Below are positions 19,957-28,473 of a stretch of 64,000 nucleotides of DNA, in pieces; the first letter of the stretch is position 1; every line of letters starts with the position of its first letter. The notes below the pieces were generated by a model. It was not told where the DNA came from and did not search any database. It saw nothing but the letters and a program-made list of their open reading frames with translations. Source of the DNA: Candidatus Giovannonibacteria bacterium (GTDB taxonomy: Bacteria > Patescibacteriota > Minisyncoccia > UBA11713 > 2-01-FULL-45-33); the NCBI GenBank assembly GCA_016432405.1, contig CP066687.1, positions 283,040 to 347,039 of the forward strand, written 5' to 3'. The position numbers were made by a program, and so were the translations under genes.

Positions 19957-20619
19957 ATGCCCAAACTTTTTATCGTAGCCACGCCCATCGGGAATTTAAA
20001 AGATATCACTTTTCAAGCAGTTGATGTTTTAAAATCTGTTGACGCCATTTTGGCCGAAGATACGAGGGTAACCAGAAAACTTCTGGCGCACCTCGATATT
20101 CCCGGGCAAACAATTTCTTTCCGGGAGCATTCATCTCCGAAAATTTTAGAAAAGATTCTGAATTTAATAAAAGAAGATAAAAATTTGGCGTTGGTTACCG
20201 ACGCCGGGACCCCGGGGATTTCAGACCCGGGGCTGCGCCTGATAAACGCGGCGAAAAATATTGCTGATATTGTCCCAATACCCGGTCCCTCGGCGCTTTC
20301 GGCCATAATTTCGGTGAGCGACATTAATCTTTCGGAGTTTTGTTTTTTTGGCTTCCCGCCGCGCAAAAAGGGCCGGCGGGCGTTTTTTGCGCGAGTTGCC
20401 AACATGAATACGCCGGCGATTCTTTTTGAGTCGCCCCACCGCGTCCAAAAAACTCTGCGAGAACTGGAGTTGGCTTGCGGCGACAGATACGCAAATATCG
20501 GCAGGGAGCTCACCAAAATTCATGAAGAGATTTTCAGGGGAAAATTATCCGAAGCCAAAAAGCATTTCACGGGTGAACGCCAAAGAGGGGAATTTACTAT
20601 GATTATTGATACAAAATAA
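19957..20619 (+). CDS. rsmI: 16S rRNA (cytidine1402-2'-O)-methyltransferase
   Basis: LFIVATPIGNLKDITFQAVDVLKSVDAILAEDTR; tetrapyrrole-methylase fold. Confidence 0.85.
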   Translation: MPKLFIVATPIGNLKDITFQAVDVLKSVDAILAEDTRVTRKLLAHLDIPGQTISFREHSSPKILEKILNLIKEDKNLALVTDAGTPGISDPGLRLINAAKNIADIVPIPGPSALSAIISVSDINLSEFCFFGFPPRKKGRRAFFARVANMNTPAILFESPHRVQKTLRELELACGDRYANIGRELTKIHEEIFRGKLSEAKKHFTGERQRGEFTMIIDTK

Positions 20620-21326
20620 TGCACAGGTTTTATCTGCCGCAGGAATTAAATAAAGAAATTTTGGTGGTGAGGGACCGCTCGGTAATCCACCAGATTAAAG
20701 ACGTTTTAAAAATTCGCAAAGGAGAGCAGGCCGCGTTTTTCAGCGGCGCGCCGGAGGATCTCGGCTTTGATTTTGTCTTTGAGCTCAAAAATATTGAGGC
20801 CGGCTCCGCCGCCTTTATGCTTAGGGGAAAACTTGAAAACACAAGAGAGCCCTCAAAAAAATTGATTTTATACCAGTCGCTTATCAAAAAAGACAAATTT
20901 GAATTGGTTTTAGAGAAAGCCGTTGAGGTCGGGGTTTCGGAGATTGTGCCGGTAATATCTGCAAGATCAGAAAAGAAAAGCTTAAATACGGAGCGGTGCG
21001 CAGCGATTTTAAAAGAAGCCTCGGAGCAATCGGGGCGAGCGATAATTCCAAAACTGCATAAGGTTTTGTCTTTTGAGCGGGCGGTAAGCCAGGCGCAGGC
21101 TTCGGGAGCCAGAACCTATTTCATCTCAACTTCTGAAAAAGAAAATATGATTAGGGGCGCCGGAGACAGGCAGATAAACCTTTTTGTGGGCCCCGAGGGC
21201 GGCTGGGAGGAGCAGGAAATTTTCGCCGCAGGGCGCGCAAATTTTGAAATTATCTCTCTAGGACGTTTGACGTTCCGTTCCGAAACCGCCGCCGTGGTTG
21301 CGGCATACACTTTACTTTGGGGATAA
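20619..21326 (+). CDS. rsmE: 16S rRNA (uracil1498-N3)-methyltransferase
   Basis: MHRFYLPQ..., SPOUT motifs LVLEKAVEVGVSEIVPV, GPEGGWEEQE. Confidence 0.85.
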   Translation: MHRFYLPQELNKEILVVRDRSVIHQIKDVLKIRKGEQAAFFSGAPEDLGFDFVFELKNIEAGSAAFMLRGKLENTREPSKKLILYQSLIKKDKFELVLEKAVEVGVSEIVPVISARSEKKSLNTERCAAILKEASEQSGRAIIPKLHKVLSFERAVSQAQASGARTYFISTSEKENMIRGAGDRQINLFVGPEGGWEEQEIFAAGRANFEIISLGRLTFRSETAAVVAAYTLLWG

Positions 21327-21459
21327 AATAAAAAAGCTATACTATGCATATTGATCTAAAGAGCATCCTATTTCCACCTCGGTTTTAAAAGCGGTTCTTG
21401 CTACGGCCGTTGTTGGGGGAGTTTTAACTACTGCATTTATTGCGCCTGGGCTGGTTGCT

Positions 21460-21939
21460 ATGGCTGGAAAAAACATAGCAGTCAAGCGCAAAGAAAAACG
21501 CGAAAGATATCAACAAATGTGGGCAAGGTTTCATGATTTAAGAAAACGCAAAAACCTTGAATATATTGGAGAAAACAAGGACGGCGAATTGATTTACAAA
21601 TTTAGCGACACTGGGCGGACTATCGCCAAAAAATTTCTAGTAGAGACTTTGGCAATTGAATATCCCAAGAAATGGGATTGCAAATGGCGCATTATTACAT
21701 TCGATATTCCTGAAAAATATAAAAAAGCTCGTAAGGCGTTTCAGCAAAAATTAAAAGAGCTTGGTTGCTATCCAGTCCAAAAAAGCGTCTGGATCCACCC
21801 ATTTCCCTGCGAAGCGGAGATCGGTTTTCTAAAAGATATCATGGCTATTCAGCCATTTGTTGAAATATATTTAACAAAGGAGATGCCTAACGGAAAAGCT
21901 TTGTACTATTTCCGTGATTTGATAAAAAAATATATATAA
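21460..21939 (+). CDS. PaaX-like small regulator-like protein (wHTH + Cas2-fold middle domain), paralog 1
   Basis: KKWDCKWRIITFDIPEKYKKARKAFQQKLKELGCYPVQKSVWIHP resembles the PaaX core WDGKW..LLS..E..R..LR..L...GFG.L; lacks the PaaX C-terminal domain. Confidence 0.5.
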   Translation: MAGKNIAVKRKEKRERYQQMWARFHDLRKRKNLEYIGENKDGELIYKFSDTGRTIAKKFLVETLAIEYPKKWDCKWRIITFDIPEKYKKARKAFQQKLKELGCYPVQKSVWIHPFPCEAEIGFLKDIMAIQPFVEIYLTKEMPNGKALYYFRDLIKKYI

Positions 21940-22111
21940 ATATTTACACTGCGTTATACTATGTATATTAACCTATCGTCCGTAATACGTAGTATGAAGA
22001 TTTGTATGGGATTGTAGAATTGTTGGGGAAAAATAAAAAAGCGGGTATTGGGACTTGCCACATTTTACGTGGTTATCCCTCACCGCTTTTAAAAGATTAG
22101 CTTGGTATTTA

Positions 22112-22498
22112 TTACGTAAAAAACCGAATTGCATCTGCCTCGTTCTCGAATAGATAGCCACAAAGGAAGCAGCACCCATCTTCTTCGTCATCTCCGTAGG
22201 TTACGAAGAATTTTTCAGTAGCTCGGTCGGCCTCCTTCATATTAAAGCTAATGCTAATGCTTGGAGTAGAACCGCCGTCAAATGTTAGTTCCATCACCAT
22301 TGCTCTGAAGAAGAGTTTGTGCTCCCCTTTCTTCCCACTATGCATAGGACACATACACGAGCTGAGGCGCAAAGTGATTCCCTTTTCTGTTACGTTTGTT
22401 ATTTGCCCCACACCGAAGGTCTTTCTTTTGAAGCCGAAGTACATCGACTTTAGTGCAGCTATAACTTTTCCGGCGCCACATATCTTAAACTGATTCAT
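22112..22498 (-). CDS. Hypothetical protein
   Basis: ATG at 22498 preceded by aaggggg RBS; Cys-rich (CMCPMH, CCFLCGY); no recognisable family. Confidence 0.4.
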   Translation of the reverse strand: MNQFKICGAGKVIAALKSMYFGFKRKTFGVGQITNVTEKGITLRLSSCMCPMHSGKKGEHKLFFRAMVMELTFDGGSTPSISISFNMKEADRATEKFFVTYGDDEEDGCCFLCGYLFENEADAIRFFT

Positions 22499-22554
22499 GG
22501 AAACCCCCTTTCTATCTTTTGATATGCTAGAATATCTACTAAAATTTGTCAATA

Positions 22555-22582
22555 TTGCGTGATTTCGGTGGTTGGCTAGAAT
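22555..22582 (+). promoter_or_regulatory. Putative rplJ promoter (TTGCGT -16- TAGAAT)
   Basis: -35 22555-22560, -10 22577-22582. Confidence 0.4.
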
Positions 22583-22588
22583 ACTCTT

Positions 22589-22667
22589 AAGCCGTAGAAG
22601 TGAGGCGGGGATACCGTAAGACCTACAGAGGCGAGATGAGCGGCTTTTGGGCCGCTAAAATTGTTTT
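22589..22667 (+). promoter_or_regulatory. Candidate L10 (rplJ) leader with terminator-like hairpin
   Basis: agcggcttttgggccgct followed by aaaattgtttt immediately 5' of the rplJ ATG. Confidence 0.35.
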
Positions 22668-23162
22668 ATGATTACACGAAAACAAAAAGAAGAGGCGGTT
22701 AAAAAGATCAAAGACAAATTGGGCGCGTCCGGCTTTGTCGCGTTTTTGAATTTTCATGGCTTGAGCGTTGCCAAAGGAATGGAACTTAGGCGGGCGTTGA
22801 AAAAAGCCGGCGCTGATTATTTGGTTTCCAAAAAAACACTTTTTGGAGTCGCGGCAAAGGAAGCGGGATTGGAAGTGAGCCGTGAGAAGTTGGAAGGCGA
22901 GATTGGGGCGGTTTTCGCGAAAGGCGAGGACGAAGCGCTGGCGTCTTCAAAAGAAATCGCGGTTTTTGCCAGAAAAAATAAGGATATGCTGAAAATTATC
23001 GGGGGGTTTTGGCAAAAAGCATGGATTAGCGCTGACGAAATCAAAAGATTGGCGGCGATACCGCCGCGCGAGGTTTTGCTTACCCAGCTAGCGTTTGTGC
23101 TGGCGCAGCCGATGGCAAGTTTTGCCAGAGTTTTAAACAAAATCGCTGAAAAACAAAAATAA
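22668..23162 (+). CDS. rplJ: 50S ribosomal protein L10
   Basis: N-terminal KEEAVKKIKDKL...VAFLNFHGLSVAKGMELRRALKKAGADYLVSKKTLF. Confidence 0.9.
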   Translation: MITRKQKEEAVKKIKDKLGASGFVAFLNFHGLSVAKGMELRRALKKAGADYLVSKKTLFGVAAKEAGLEVSREKLEGEIGAVFAKGEDEALASSKEIAVFARKNKDMLKIIGGFWQKAWISADEIKRLAAIPPREVLLTQLAFVLAQPMASFARVLNKIAEKQK

Positions 23163-23203
23163 ACGGTCGATTAGTATATTAGTAAAAGTTAGTAATTAGT
23201 AAT

Positions 23204-23575
23204 ATGGCAGATTTAGAAAAAATAGTGGAAGAAGTTTCAAAGCTTTCGGCGCTTGAGCTTTCAGATTTGGTCAAAAAAATTGAAGAGAAATTTGGGGTTA
23301 GTGCGGCCCCGACGCTTGCGGTCGGGGCTCCGACTCCGGAGGACGTCGGAGCTAAGGATGAGCAAACAACTTTCAGCGTGGAGTTGAAATCGGCCGGAGG
23401 CACGAAGATTGCGGTAATCAAGGTTTTGAGGGAAGCTTTGGGTATGGGTTTGGCCGACGCTAAAGGAGTTGCCGATTCCGCCCCCAAAGTGGTAAAAGAA
23501 AGTATGGACAAAGCCGCAGCCGAGGAGCTTAAGGCCAAGCTTGAGGCCGCCGGCGCGACAGTGGAACTGAAATAA
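23204..23575 (+). CDS. rplL: 50S ribosomal protein L7/L12
   Basis: MADLEKIVEEVSKLSALELSDLVKKIEEKFGVSAA...hinge...IAVIKVLREALGMGLADAKGV...GATVELK. Confidence 0.95.
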   Translation: MADLEKIVEEVSKLSALELSDLVKKIEEKFGVSAAPTLAVGAPTPEDVGAKDEQTTFSVELKSAGGTKIAVIKVLREALGMGLADAKGVADSAPKVVKESMDKAAAEELKAKLEAAGATVELK

Positions 23576-23580
23576 TCCAA

Positions 23581-24249
23581 ATGCAGATTTTAGAAAAACT
23601 TTTTGGGGGCGGGGCGAGAGTCAAACTCTTAAGGTTTTTCCTGCTTTCTCCGGAAAAAGTTTTTGAATCGAAAGAAGCGGCAAAGATTTTGCGCGTATCT
23701 TCAAGCGCGGCCTCAAAAGAAACCAGGTTTTTGCTCTCGGTCGGCTTTTTAAAAAGGGCGAGCCGTACGGACGCTTTCATTAAACCCCGACGTAAAGTCG
23801 GGGTCCCGACCAAAGCGTCGGGAAAATCTTATAAAATCATGAAAAAACGCGTGAAAGGCGTCCAGCTTTCGCAAACCTTCCCTTACCTTTCGGCTTTGAG
23901 AAATCTGTTGGTTGACGCTTCGCCTGCGTCTCGCGAGAAGATGCTTAGATTTTTCAAAAACAAGGGCAAAATCAAACTCTTGGTTTTAGGCGGCGTTTTC
24001 AGCAACGATTTCGCGGCGGATGCTTTGGACTCCTCCGGCCGGCTGGATCTTTTGATAGCCGGCGAATTAAAACGCGGGGCGGCGGAGCGGTTTATCAAAA
24101 AAGTTGAGGCGGATGTAGGCAAGGAGCTGAATTGGACTTTGATGAGCGCTCCGGAATTTGAGCGTCGGCTTGCCATGCACGACAAGCTTCTGCGCGACCT
24201 CTTTGACTACCAGCACGAATTTTTGATAAATAAATTGGGGATAGAATAG
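23581..24249 (+). CDS. Hypothetical protein with N-terminal wHTH-like region; carries an in-frame palindromic-repeat insertion
   Basis: ARVKLLRFFLLSPEKVFESKEAAKILRVS HTH-like; codons 69-81 (PRRKVGVPTKASG) are encoded by a copy of the GC hairpin repeat. Confidence 0.45.
   Translation: MQILEKLFGGGARVKLLRFFLLSPEKVFESKEAAKILRVSSSAASKETRFLLSVGFLKRASRTDAFIKPRRKVGVPTKASGKSYKIMKKRVKGVQLSQTFPYLSALRNLLVDASPASREKMLRFFKNKGKIKLLVLGGVFSNDFAADALDSSGRLDLLIAGELKRGAAERFIKKVEADVGKELNWTLMSAPEFERRLAMHDKLLRDLFDYQHEFLINKLGIE
23785..23823. repeat. GC-rich double-hairpin repeat (YCCGACG..CGTCGGR family), in-frame within a CDS
   Basis: ccccgacgtaaagtcggggtcccgaccaaagcgtcggga; 39 nt = 13 codons. Confidence 0.8.
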
Positions 24250-24252
24250 GTG

Positions 24253-24336
24253 GCGCATAGCCCCGACGTTTCATTTTTAATACGATAATTGTAGTCGGGG
24301 TCCCGACCAAAGCGTCGGGACTCAGCGGCAAAACGT
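24253..24336. repeat. 84-nt repeat unit (copy A) containing the GC double hairpin with an expanded AT-rich loop
   Basis: gcgcatagccccgacgtttcatttttaatacgataattgtagtcggggtcccgaccaaagcgtcgggactcagcggcaaaacg; about 90% identical to copy B at 25073-25156. Confidence 0.8.
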
Positions 24337-24339
24337 TTT

Positions 24340-24603
24340 ATGGCGTATGTATATATATTAAAAAGTTTGAGAGATGGCAGGTTTTATATTGGTAGCACTA
24401 TCAACTTAATACAACGACTAAAACACCATGCTGGAGGTTTTACACCAAGCACAAAAAGATTGGGGAAGATTGAGTTGGTATTATCTCAAGAATATTCTAC
24501 ACTAAGTGAAGCTAGAAAAATTGAGGTCAGAATAAAAAAGTTAAAACGCAAAGATTTTATTGAAAAAATGATAAAAGACGGCTTTATTAAATTGCGCCCT
24601 TAG
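24340..24603 (+). CDS. GIY-YIG nuclease domain protein
   Basis: YVYILKSLRDGRFYIGSTINLIQRLKHH... GIY-YIG motif; 3' end overlaps tRNA-Val by 10 nt. Confidence 0.75.
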   Translation: MAYVYILKSLRDGRFYIGSTINLIQRLKHHAGGFTPSTKRLGKIELVLSQEYSTLSEARKIEVRIKKLKRKDFIEKMIKDGFIKLRP

Positions 24604-24665
24604 CTCAGTGGTAGAGCATTCCGTTCACATCGGAAAGGCCGTAGGTCCGATCCCTACAGGGCGCA
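24594..24665 (+). tRNA. tRNA-Val (anticodon CAC), no encoded CCA
   Basis: Acceptor GCGCCCT/AGGGCGC, D arm GCTC-AGTGGTA-GAGC, anticodon arm TTCCG-TTCACAT-CGGAA, T arm GTAGG-TCCGATC-CCTAC. Confidence 0.85.
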
Positions 24666-24689
24666 CTATGATTGTGCTATGATTTTTAC

Positions 24690-25055
24690 ATGGCAGAACA
24701 AACTCCGAAGCTGGAAAATAAAAAGATTTATTTTGGTGAAAAAAATCTTAAAGCTGATGAAGTGATTCGTCAGCAAGGTTGGGCTTATGCCGGAGACCAA
24801 TTGAAGGGCGAAACAATAACACGCTTTGAGAAGCCAGATAGTTTACAGGCGGTAGAGATAGAGTCCCTGATAGCAGGAAGCGATGTGCATAATTATTTGG
24901 TTTGGGATGAGAATCTAGCTCATGTGGAAATAGTGAAATTAGCTACGCCGGAAGGTAAAAAACGATGGCAGGAATTAAACGATTTAGGATATACAATAAT
25001 AGATTCAAATATAGGCCGAACAGTTTTTGTGAAAAGCAAAATAAAAATGAATTAA
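24690..25055 (+). CDS. Hypothetical protein
   Basis: ORF (MAEQTPK...) immediately 3' of tRNA-Val, AT-rich; no family recognised. Confidence 0.35.
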   Translation: MAEQTPKLENKKIYFGEKNLKADEVIRQQGWAYAGDQLKGETITRFEKPDSLQAVEIESLIAGSDVHNYLVWDENLAHVEIVKLATPEGKKRWQELNDLGYTIIDSNIGRTVFVKSKIKMN

Positions 25056-25072
25056 TCTAAATGCGCCGAGTT

Positions 25073-25156
25073 GCGCATAGCCCCGACGTTTCATTTTGAA
25101 TATCAATAATTGTAGTCTGGGTCCCGACCAAAACGTCGGGATTTAGCGGTAAAACG
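25073..25156. repeat. 84-nt repeat unit (copy B)
   Basis: gcgcatagccccgacgtttcattttgaatatcaataattgtagtctgggtcccgaccaaaacgtcgggatttagcggtaaaacg. Confidence 0.8.
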
Positions 25157-25203
25157 CTCCGTTCACATCGGAGAGACTCTAGGTTCGACTCCTAGTGCGC
25201 CCA
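25157..25203 (+). tRNA. Partial tRNA-Val-like 3' segment (anticodon arm CAC + variable + T arm + 3' acceptor); no 5' half could be folded
   Basis: CTCCG-TTCACAT-CGGAG AGACT CTAGG-TTCGACT-CCTAG TGCGCCC A; shares CCGTTCACATCGGA with the complete tRNA-Val. Confidence 0.45.
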
Positions 25204-25379
25204 AAATTAAGCTTATTTTTATCCACACCCTGCGCCAATCCGCCAGCTGGCGGAGGGTTGTTTTATGTTAAAATGAAGCTATAAAGCCAAATACGGCTCA
25301 AATAAGCATATGGTCGATACAAACGCTTATTGACCGTCAACGAGGGCTTCTCGAGGGCTCTGGTTGCAATTATTAGAAA

Positions 25380-25421
25380 CCCCGACGCCTTAGGGTCGGG
25401 GCTCCGACCGAAGCGTCGGAG
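25380..25421. repeat. GC double-hairpin repeat copy
   Basis: ccccgacgccttagggtcgggg + ctccgaccgaagcgtcggag. Confidence 0.75.
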
Positions 25422-25439
25422 TTAAATAATTAAATTATT

Positions 25440-26129
25440 ATGTTAGTACAAACATGGGGCGATGTCCTTGTGCTGTCTTTCCAAGAACTTTGGGGAGGCG
25501 TTGTGGCCTTTGTTCCGAAATTGGTTGTGGCCATCATAGTGTTCATTATCGGCTGGGTTATCGCCGTAGCTCTGGGTAAGATAGTTGAGCAAATTGCCCG
25601 CGCCATAAAAGTTGATACGGCTCTAAAGAGCGTCGGGGCGGACGAGGTTGTTTCCCGCGCCGGCATGCGGCTTGACTCCGGAGCGTTTTTGGGCGGCTTG
25701 GTGAGGTGGTTTGTAATATTGGTGTTCGTGTTGGCCGCCGTTGACGTGCTGGGCCTTTCGCAGGTGACTGAATTTTTGCGTTCCGTCGTGCTTGCTTACA
25801 TTCCGCAAGTCATTGTGGCCGCGTTAATCTTGGTTGCGGCTGCGCTTTTGGCTGAAACTGTCAGCAATGTTGTTGAGGGCAGCGCGCGCGCGGCTCATTT
25901 GCCTTCGGCCCGGCTTTTGGGCGGGGTTGCCAAATGGGCCATCTGGATTTTCGCGATTCTGGCGGCGCTTTACCAATTGGGCATCGCCGGCCCGTTTGTT
26001 CAGACGCTGTTTACGGCGGTTGTGGCTATGCTTGCTTTGGCCGGGGGCTTGGCTTTCGGTTTGGGAGGCAAGGAGGCCGCGGCTCGCTACATAGACAAGC
26101 TTCGCTCGGACATTTCTAACAATCGTTAA
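25440..26129 (+). CDS. Membrane protein with repeated conserved-TM-helix modules (MscS-associated TM_helix-like)
   Basis: Three similar modules (GGVVAFVPKLVVAIIVFIIGWVIA..., GGLVRWFVILVFVLAAVDVLGLS..., GGVAKWAIWIFAILAALYQLGIA...). Confidence 0.5.
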   Translation: MLVQTWGDVLVLSFQELWGGVVAFVPKLVVAIIVFIIGWVIAVALGKIVEQIARAIKVDTALKSVGADEVVSRAGMRLDSGAFLGGLVRWFVILVFVLAAVDVLGLSQVTEFLRSVVLAYIPQVIVAALILVAAALLAETVSNVVEGSARAAHLPSARLLGGVAKWAIWIFAILAALYQLGIAGPFVQTLFTAVVAMLALAGGLAFGLGGKEAAARYIDKLRSDISNNR

Positions 26130-26169
26130 GCGCCGATTATCCACAAGCCCCCCGCGTTGCGGGGGGCTT

Positions 26170-26197
26170 GACTTGTTTTTCGGGGCGATTATAATGG
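26170..26197 (+). promoter_or_regulatory. Strong sigma70 consensus promoter for the 23S-5S rRNA unit
   Basis: TTGACT 26170-26175, 16-nt spacer, TATAAT 26192-26197; preceded by hairpin agccccccgcgttgcggggggct. Confidence 0.7.
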
Positions 26198-26531
26198 GCT
26201 TACACAATCTATGAACAGTATTTTTAATCTATCAGGAATAACAAGCGGGTGATTCTCGTTTTTTGCGCGTTTCCCCGCTCCTGATGAGCGGATTTTTTGT
26301 TTATAGAGAGTGCGCACTTTGACAAGATAGTGAAATTTGTAAGCGCATTTTCTAACAAGACGGCCCCGATCTTGCATCGGGGCAGGTTACACCCCCGCTT
26401 AGCGGGGGTAAAAGGGCGTATGGCGGATGGCTCGAGATAAAATGGGCGACGAAGGGCGTGGCGTGACTGCGTTAAGCTTGGGGGAGGTGTCTAGCAACCT
26501 TTGATCCCAAGATTTCCGAATGGGGAAACCC

Positions 26532-26574
26532 GTTCCGACGATAAGTCGGAACGCCCCGACTGAAACGTCGGGGC
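26532..26574. repeat. GC hairpin pair of the YCCGACG..CGTCGGR family inside a 23S expansion segment
   Basis: gttccgacgataagtcggaac + gccccgactgaaacgtcggggc. Confidence 0.7.
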
Positions 26575-28473
26575 GCGAACCCGCTGAAGTAAAACATTTC
26601 AGTAAGCGGAGGAAAAGAGAATAATAATTTATTCCCCCAGTAGCGGCGAGCGAAAAGGGAAGAGCCCAGATCTTTTCTAGTTTTCTAGTTTACTAGTTGG
26701 CTAGTTAAGAAGTAGTAAGTTTAGTCCGTCCCGAGAGGGGGAGAGTTCAAGTATTAAGGTTTGTCTAGCAGAACGGCCCTGGAAAGGCCGGCCAAAGAGG
26801 GTAATAGCCCCGTAAGCGAAAGTCACCTTTGACTCTCTGGACTAAACCCCCACACCAAAATTTTTTGGTGTGGGGGTGAACTTGAGTACCTCGAAAAATG
26901 TGTAGTTCGGGGGAATCTGCCGGCACGAGCCGGTAAGGCTAAATACCATTTATCATCGATAGTGAACCAGTACCGTGAGGGAAAGTTGAAAAGCAGCCCG
27001 GTGAGGGCGGTGAAATAGTACCTGAAACCATATGCTTACAAGGAGTCGGAGCCCCGATGCGCAAGCATCGAGGGTAACGGCGTGCCTATTGAAGAATGAG
27101 CCAACGACTTATTCAGCATCTTTTGTCTAAGGGCGCAGAGCCCGGAGGCGAAGGGAAACCGAGTCTTAAAAGGGCGATTTTGGTATTTATTTATCAAAAA
27201 AGGTGCTGGATAGACCCGAAGCCGGATGAGCTTGCCATGGCCAGGGTGAACCCCGCCGAAAGGCGGGGGGAGGCCCGAACCGTTTAGCCGTTCAATACTA
27301 TCGGATGAGCTGTGGCAAGGAGTGAAAAGCTAATCGAATTCGGTAATAGCTGGTTCTCTCCGAAATAGCTTTAGGGCTAGCGTCCGCCAAAAATTAGCAG
27401 GTAGAGCTACTAGAAGGTTCGTATAGGGCGAAAGCTCGACGATCCTACTAAACTCCGAATGGCTAATCTATTTAGGCGGATAGTCAGACTATGGGGGCTA
27501 AGCTCCATTGGTCAAAAGGGAAACAGCCCAGATCTCAATCTAAGGTCCCTAAATTTCTGCTAAGTGCAAAGAAGGTGGTGGAGTTTCTTAAACAGCGAGG
27601 AGGTTGGCTTAGAAGCAGCCATCCTTTAAAGAGTGCGTAACAGCTCACTCGTCAAGAGACTTCGCGCCGAAAATTATCGGGGCTAAGCAGAGTACCGAAG
27701 GTGAGAATTTTGTCCTAAACTTAGTTTGGGACAGAGTGGTAGGAGAGCGTTCCAAATGCAGTGAAGCCCACGGCGCGAGCCGGAGTGGAGCGTTTGGAAG
27801 CGAGAATGTTGGCACAAGTAACCACAAGTCCGGTGAAAGCCCGGACCACCGAAAACCCAAGGTTTCCTTGGCAATGACAATCAGCCAAGGGTTAGTCGGC
27901 CCTAAGCCAATGGCGAAAGCCGGAGGCGATGGACAGCAGGTTAATATTCCTGCACTGCGTATAGTTTTGACGGCAGGACGGAGTCTAGTATGCAAAGCGC
28001 ATTATTGGATTTGCGTTCGGGCTTTGAGGATAGAGCGCAGGCAAATCCGCGCTCAAGCGCTTTAATGCGCGTTATCCAAGAAGAGCGAAAATTTTTTCCG
28101 CAAGGTTAAGAAATTTTGCAAAGCAGGCTTCCCAGAAAAATGTCTAAAATTATCTATACGCAACCGTACCGAAATCCGACACAGGTGGGTAGGTCGAGTA
28201 GACCAAGGTGAACGAGTGAAAGATCCCCAAGGAACTCGGCAAAAAAGCATCCGTAAGTTCGCAATATGGATTTCCCGACCTCGCAAGAGTGTCGGGACGC
28301 AGCGAAAGTACCCCTGGCGACTGTTTAACAAAAACACAGCTCCCTGCAAACTCGTAAGAGGAAGTATAGGGGGTGACGCCTGACCAATGCGAGAAGGTTA
28401 ACGCTGGCGTTCCTCCGACGTTACGTCGGAGGGGTGACCGGCCGAAGCCCTCGTCAATGTCGGCCGTAACTAT

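Noticed and set aside
21460-21939. Annotating the two small WDxKWRI...FD(V/I)PE proteins as CRISPR Cas2
   Set aside because: The motif order resembles Cas2, but they align better to the PaaX N-terminal/middle architecture (WDGKW...GFG). No cas1 or CRISPR repeat array is present anywhere in the window.
25157-25203. Calling a second complete tRNA-Val
   Set aside because: Only the anticodon arm, T arm and 3' acceptor strand fold. No matching 5' acceptor strand or D arm could be found upstream unless an insertion is postulated, so it is reported as a partial copy.
1044-26145. Replication origin (oriC) based on perfect DnaA boxes
   Set aside because: The four boxes are spread over 25 kb, not clustered; no dnaA/dnaN nearby; no AT-rich DUE adjacent.
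25834-26207. Alternative-frame ORFs within and antisense to the TM-helix membrane protein gene
   Set aside because: Arg-rich frames of a GC-rich membrane-protein gene; the 229-aa frame has coherent TM periodicity.
27096-28349. ORFs 27096..27287, 27645..27995, 27736..28065, 28062..28349 from the six-frame track
   Set aside because: They lie entirely within conserved 23S rRNA sequence; chance ORFs.
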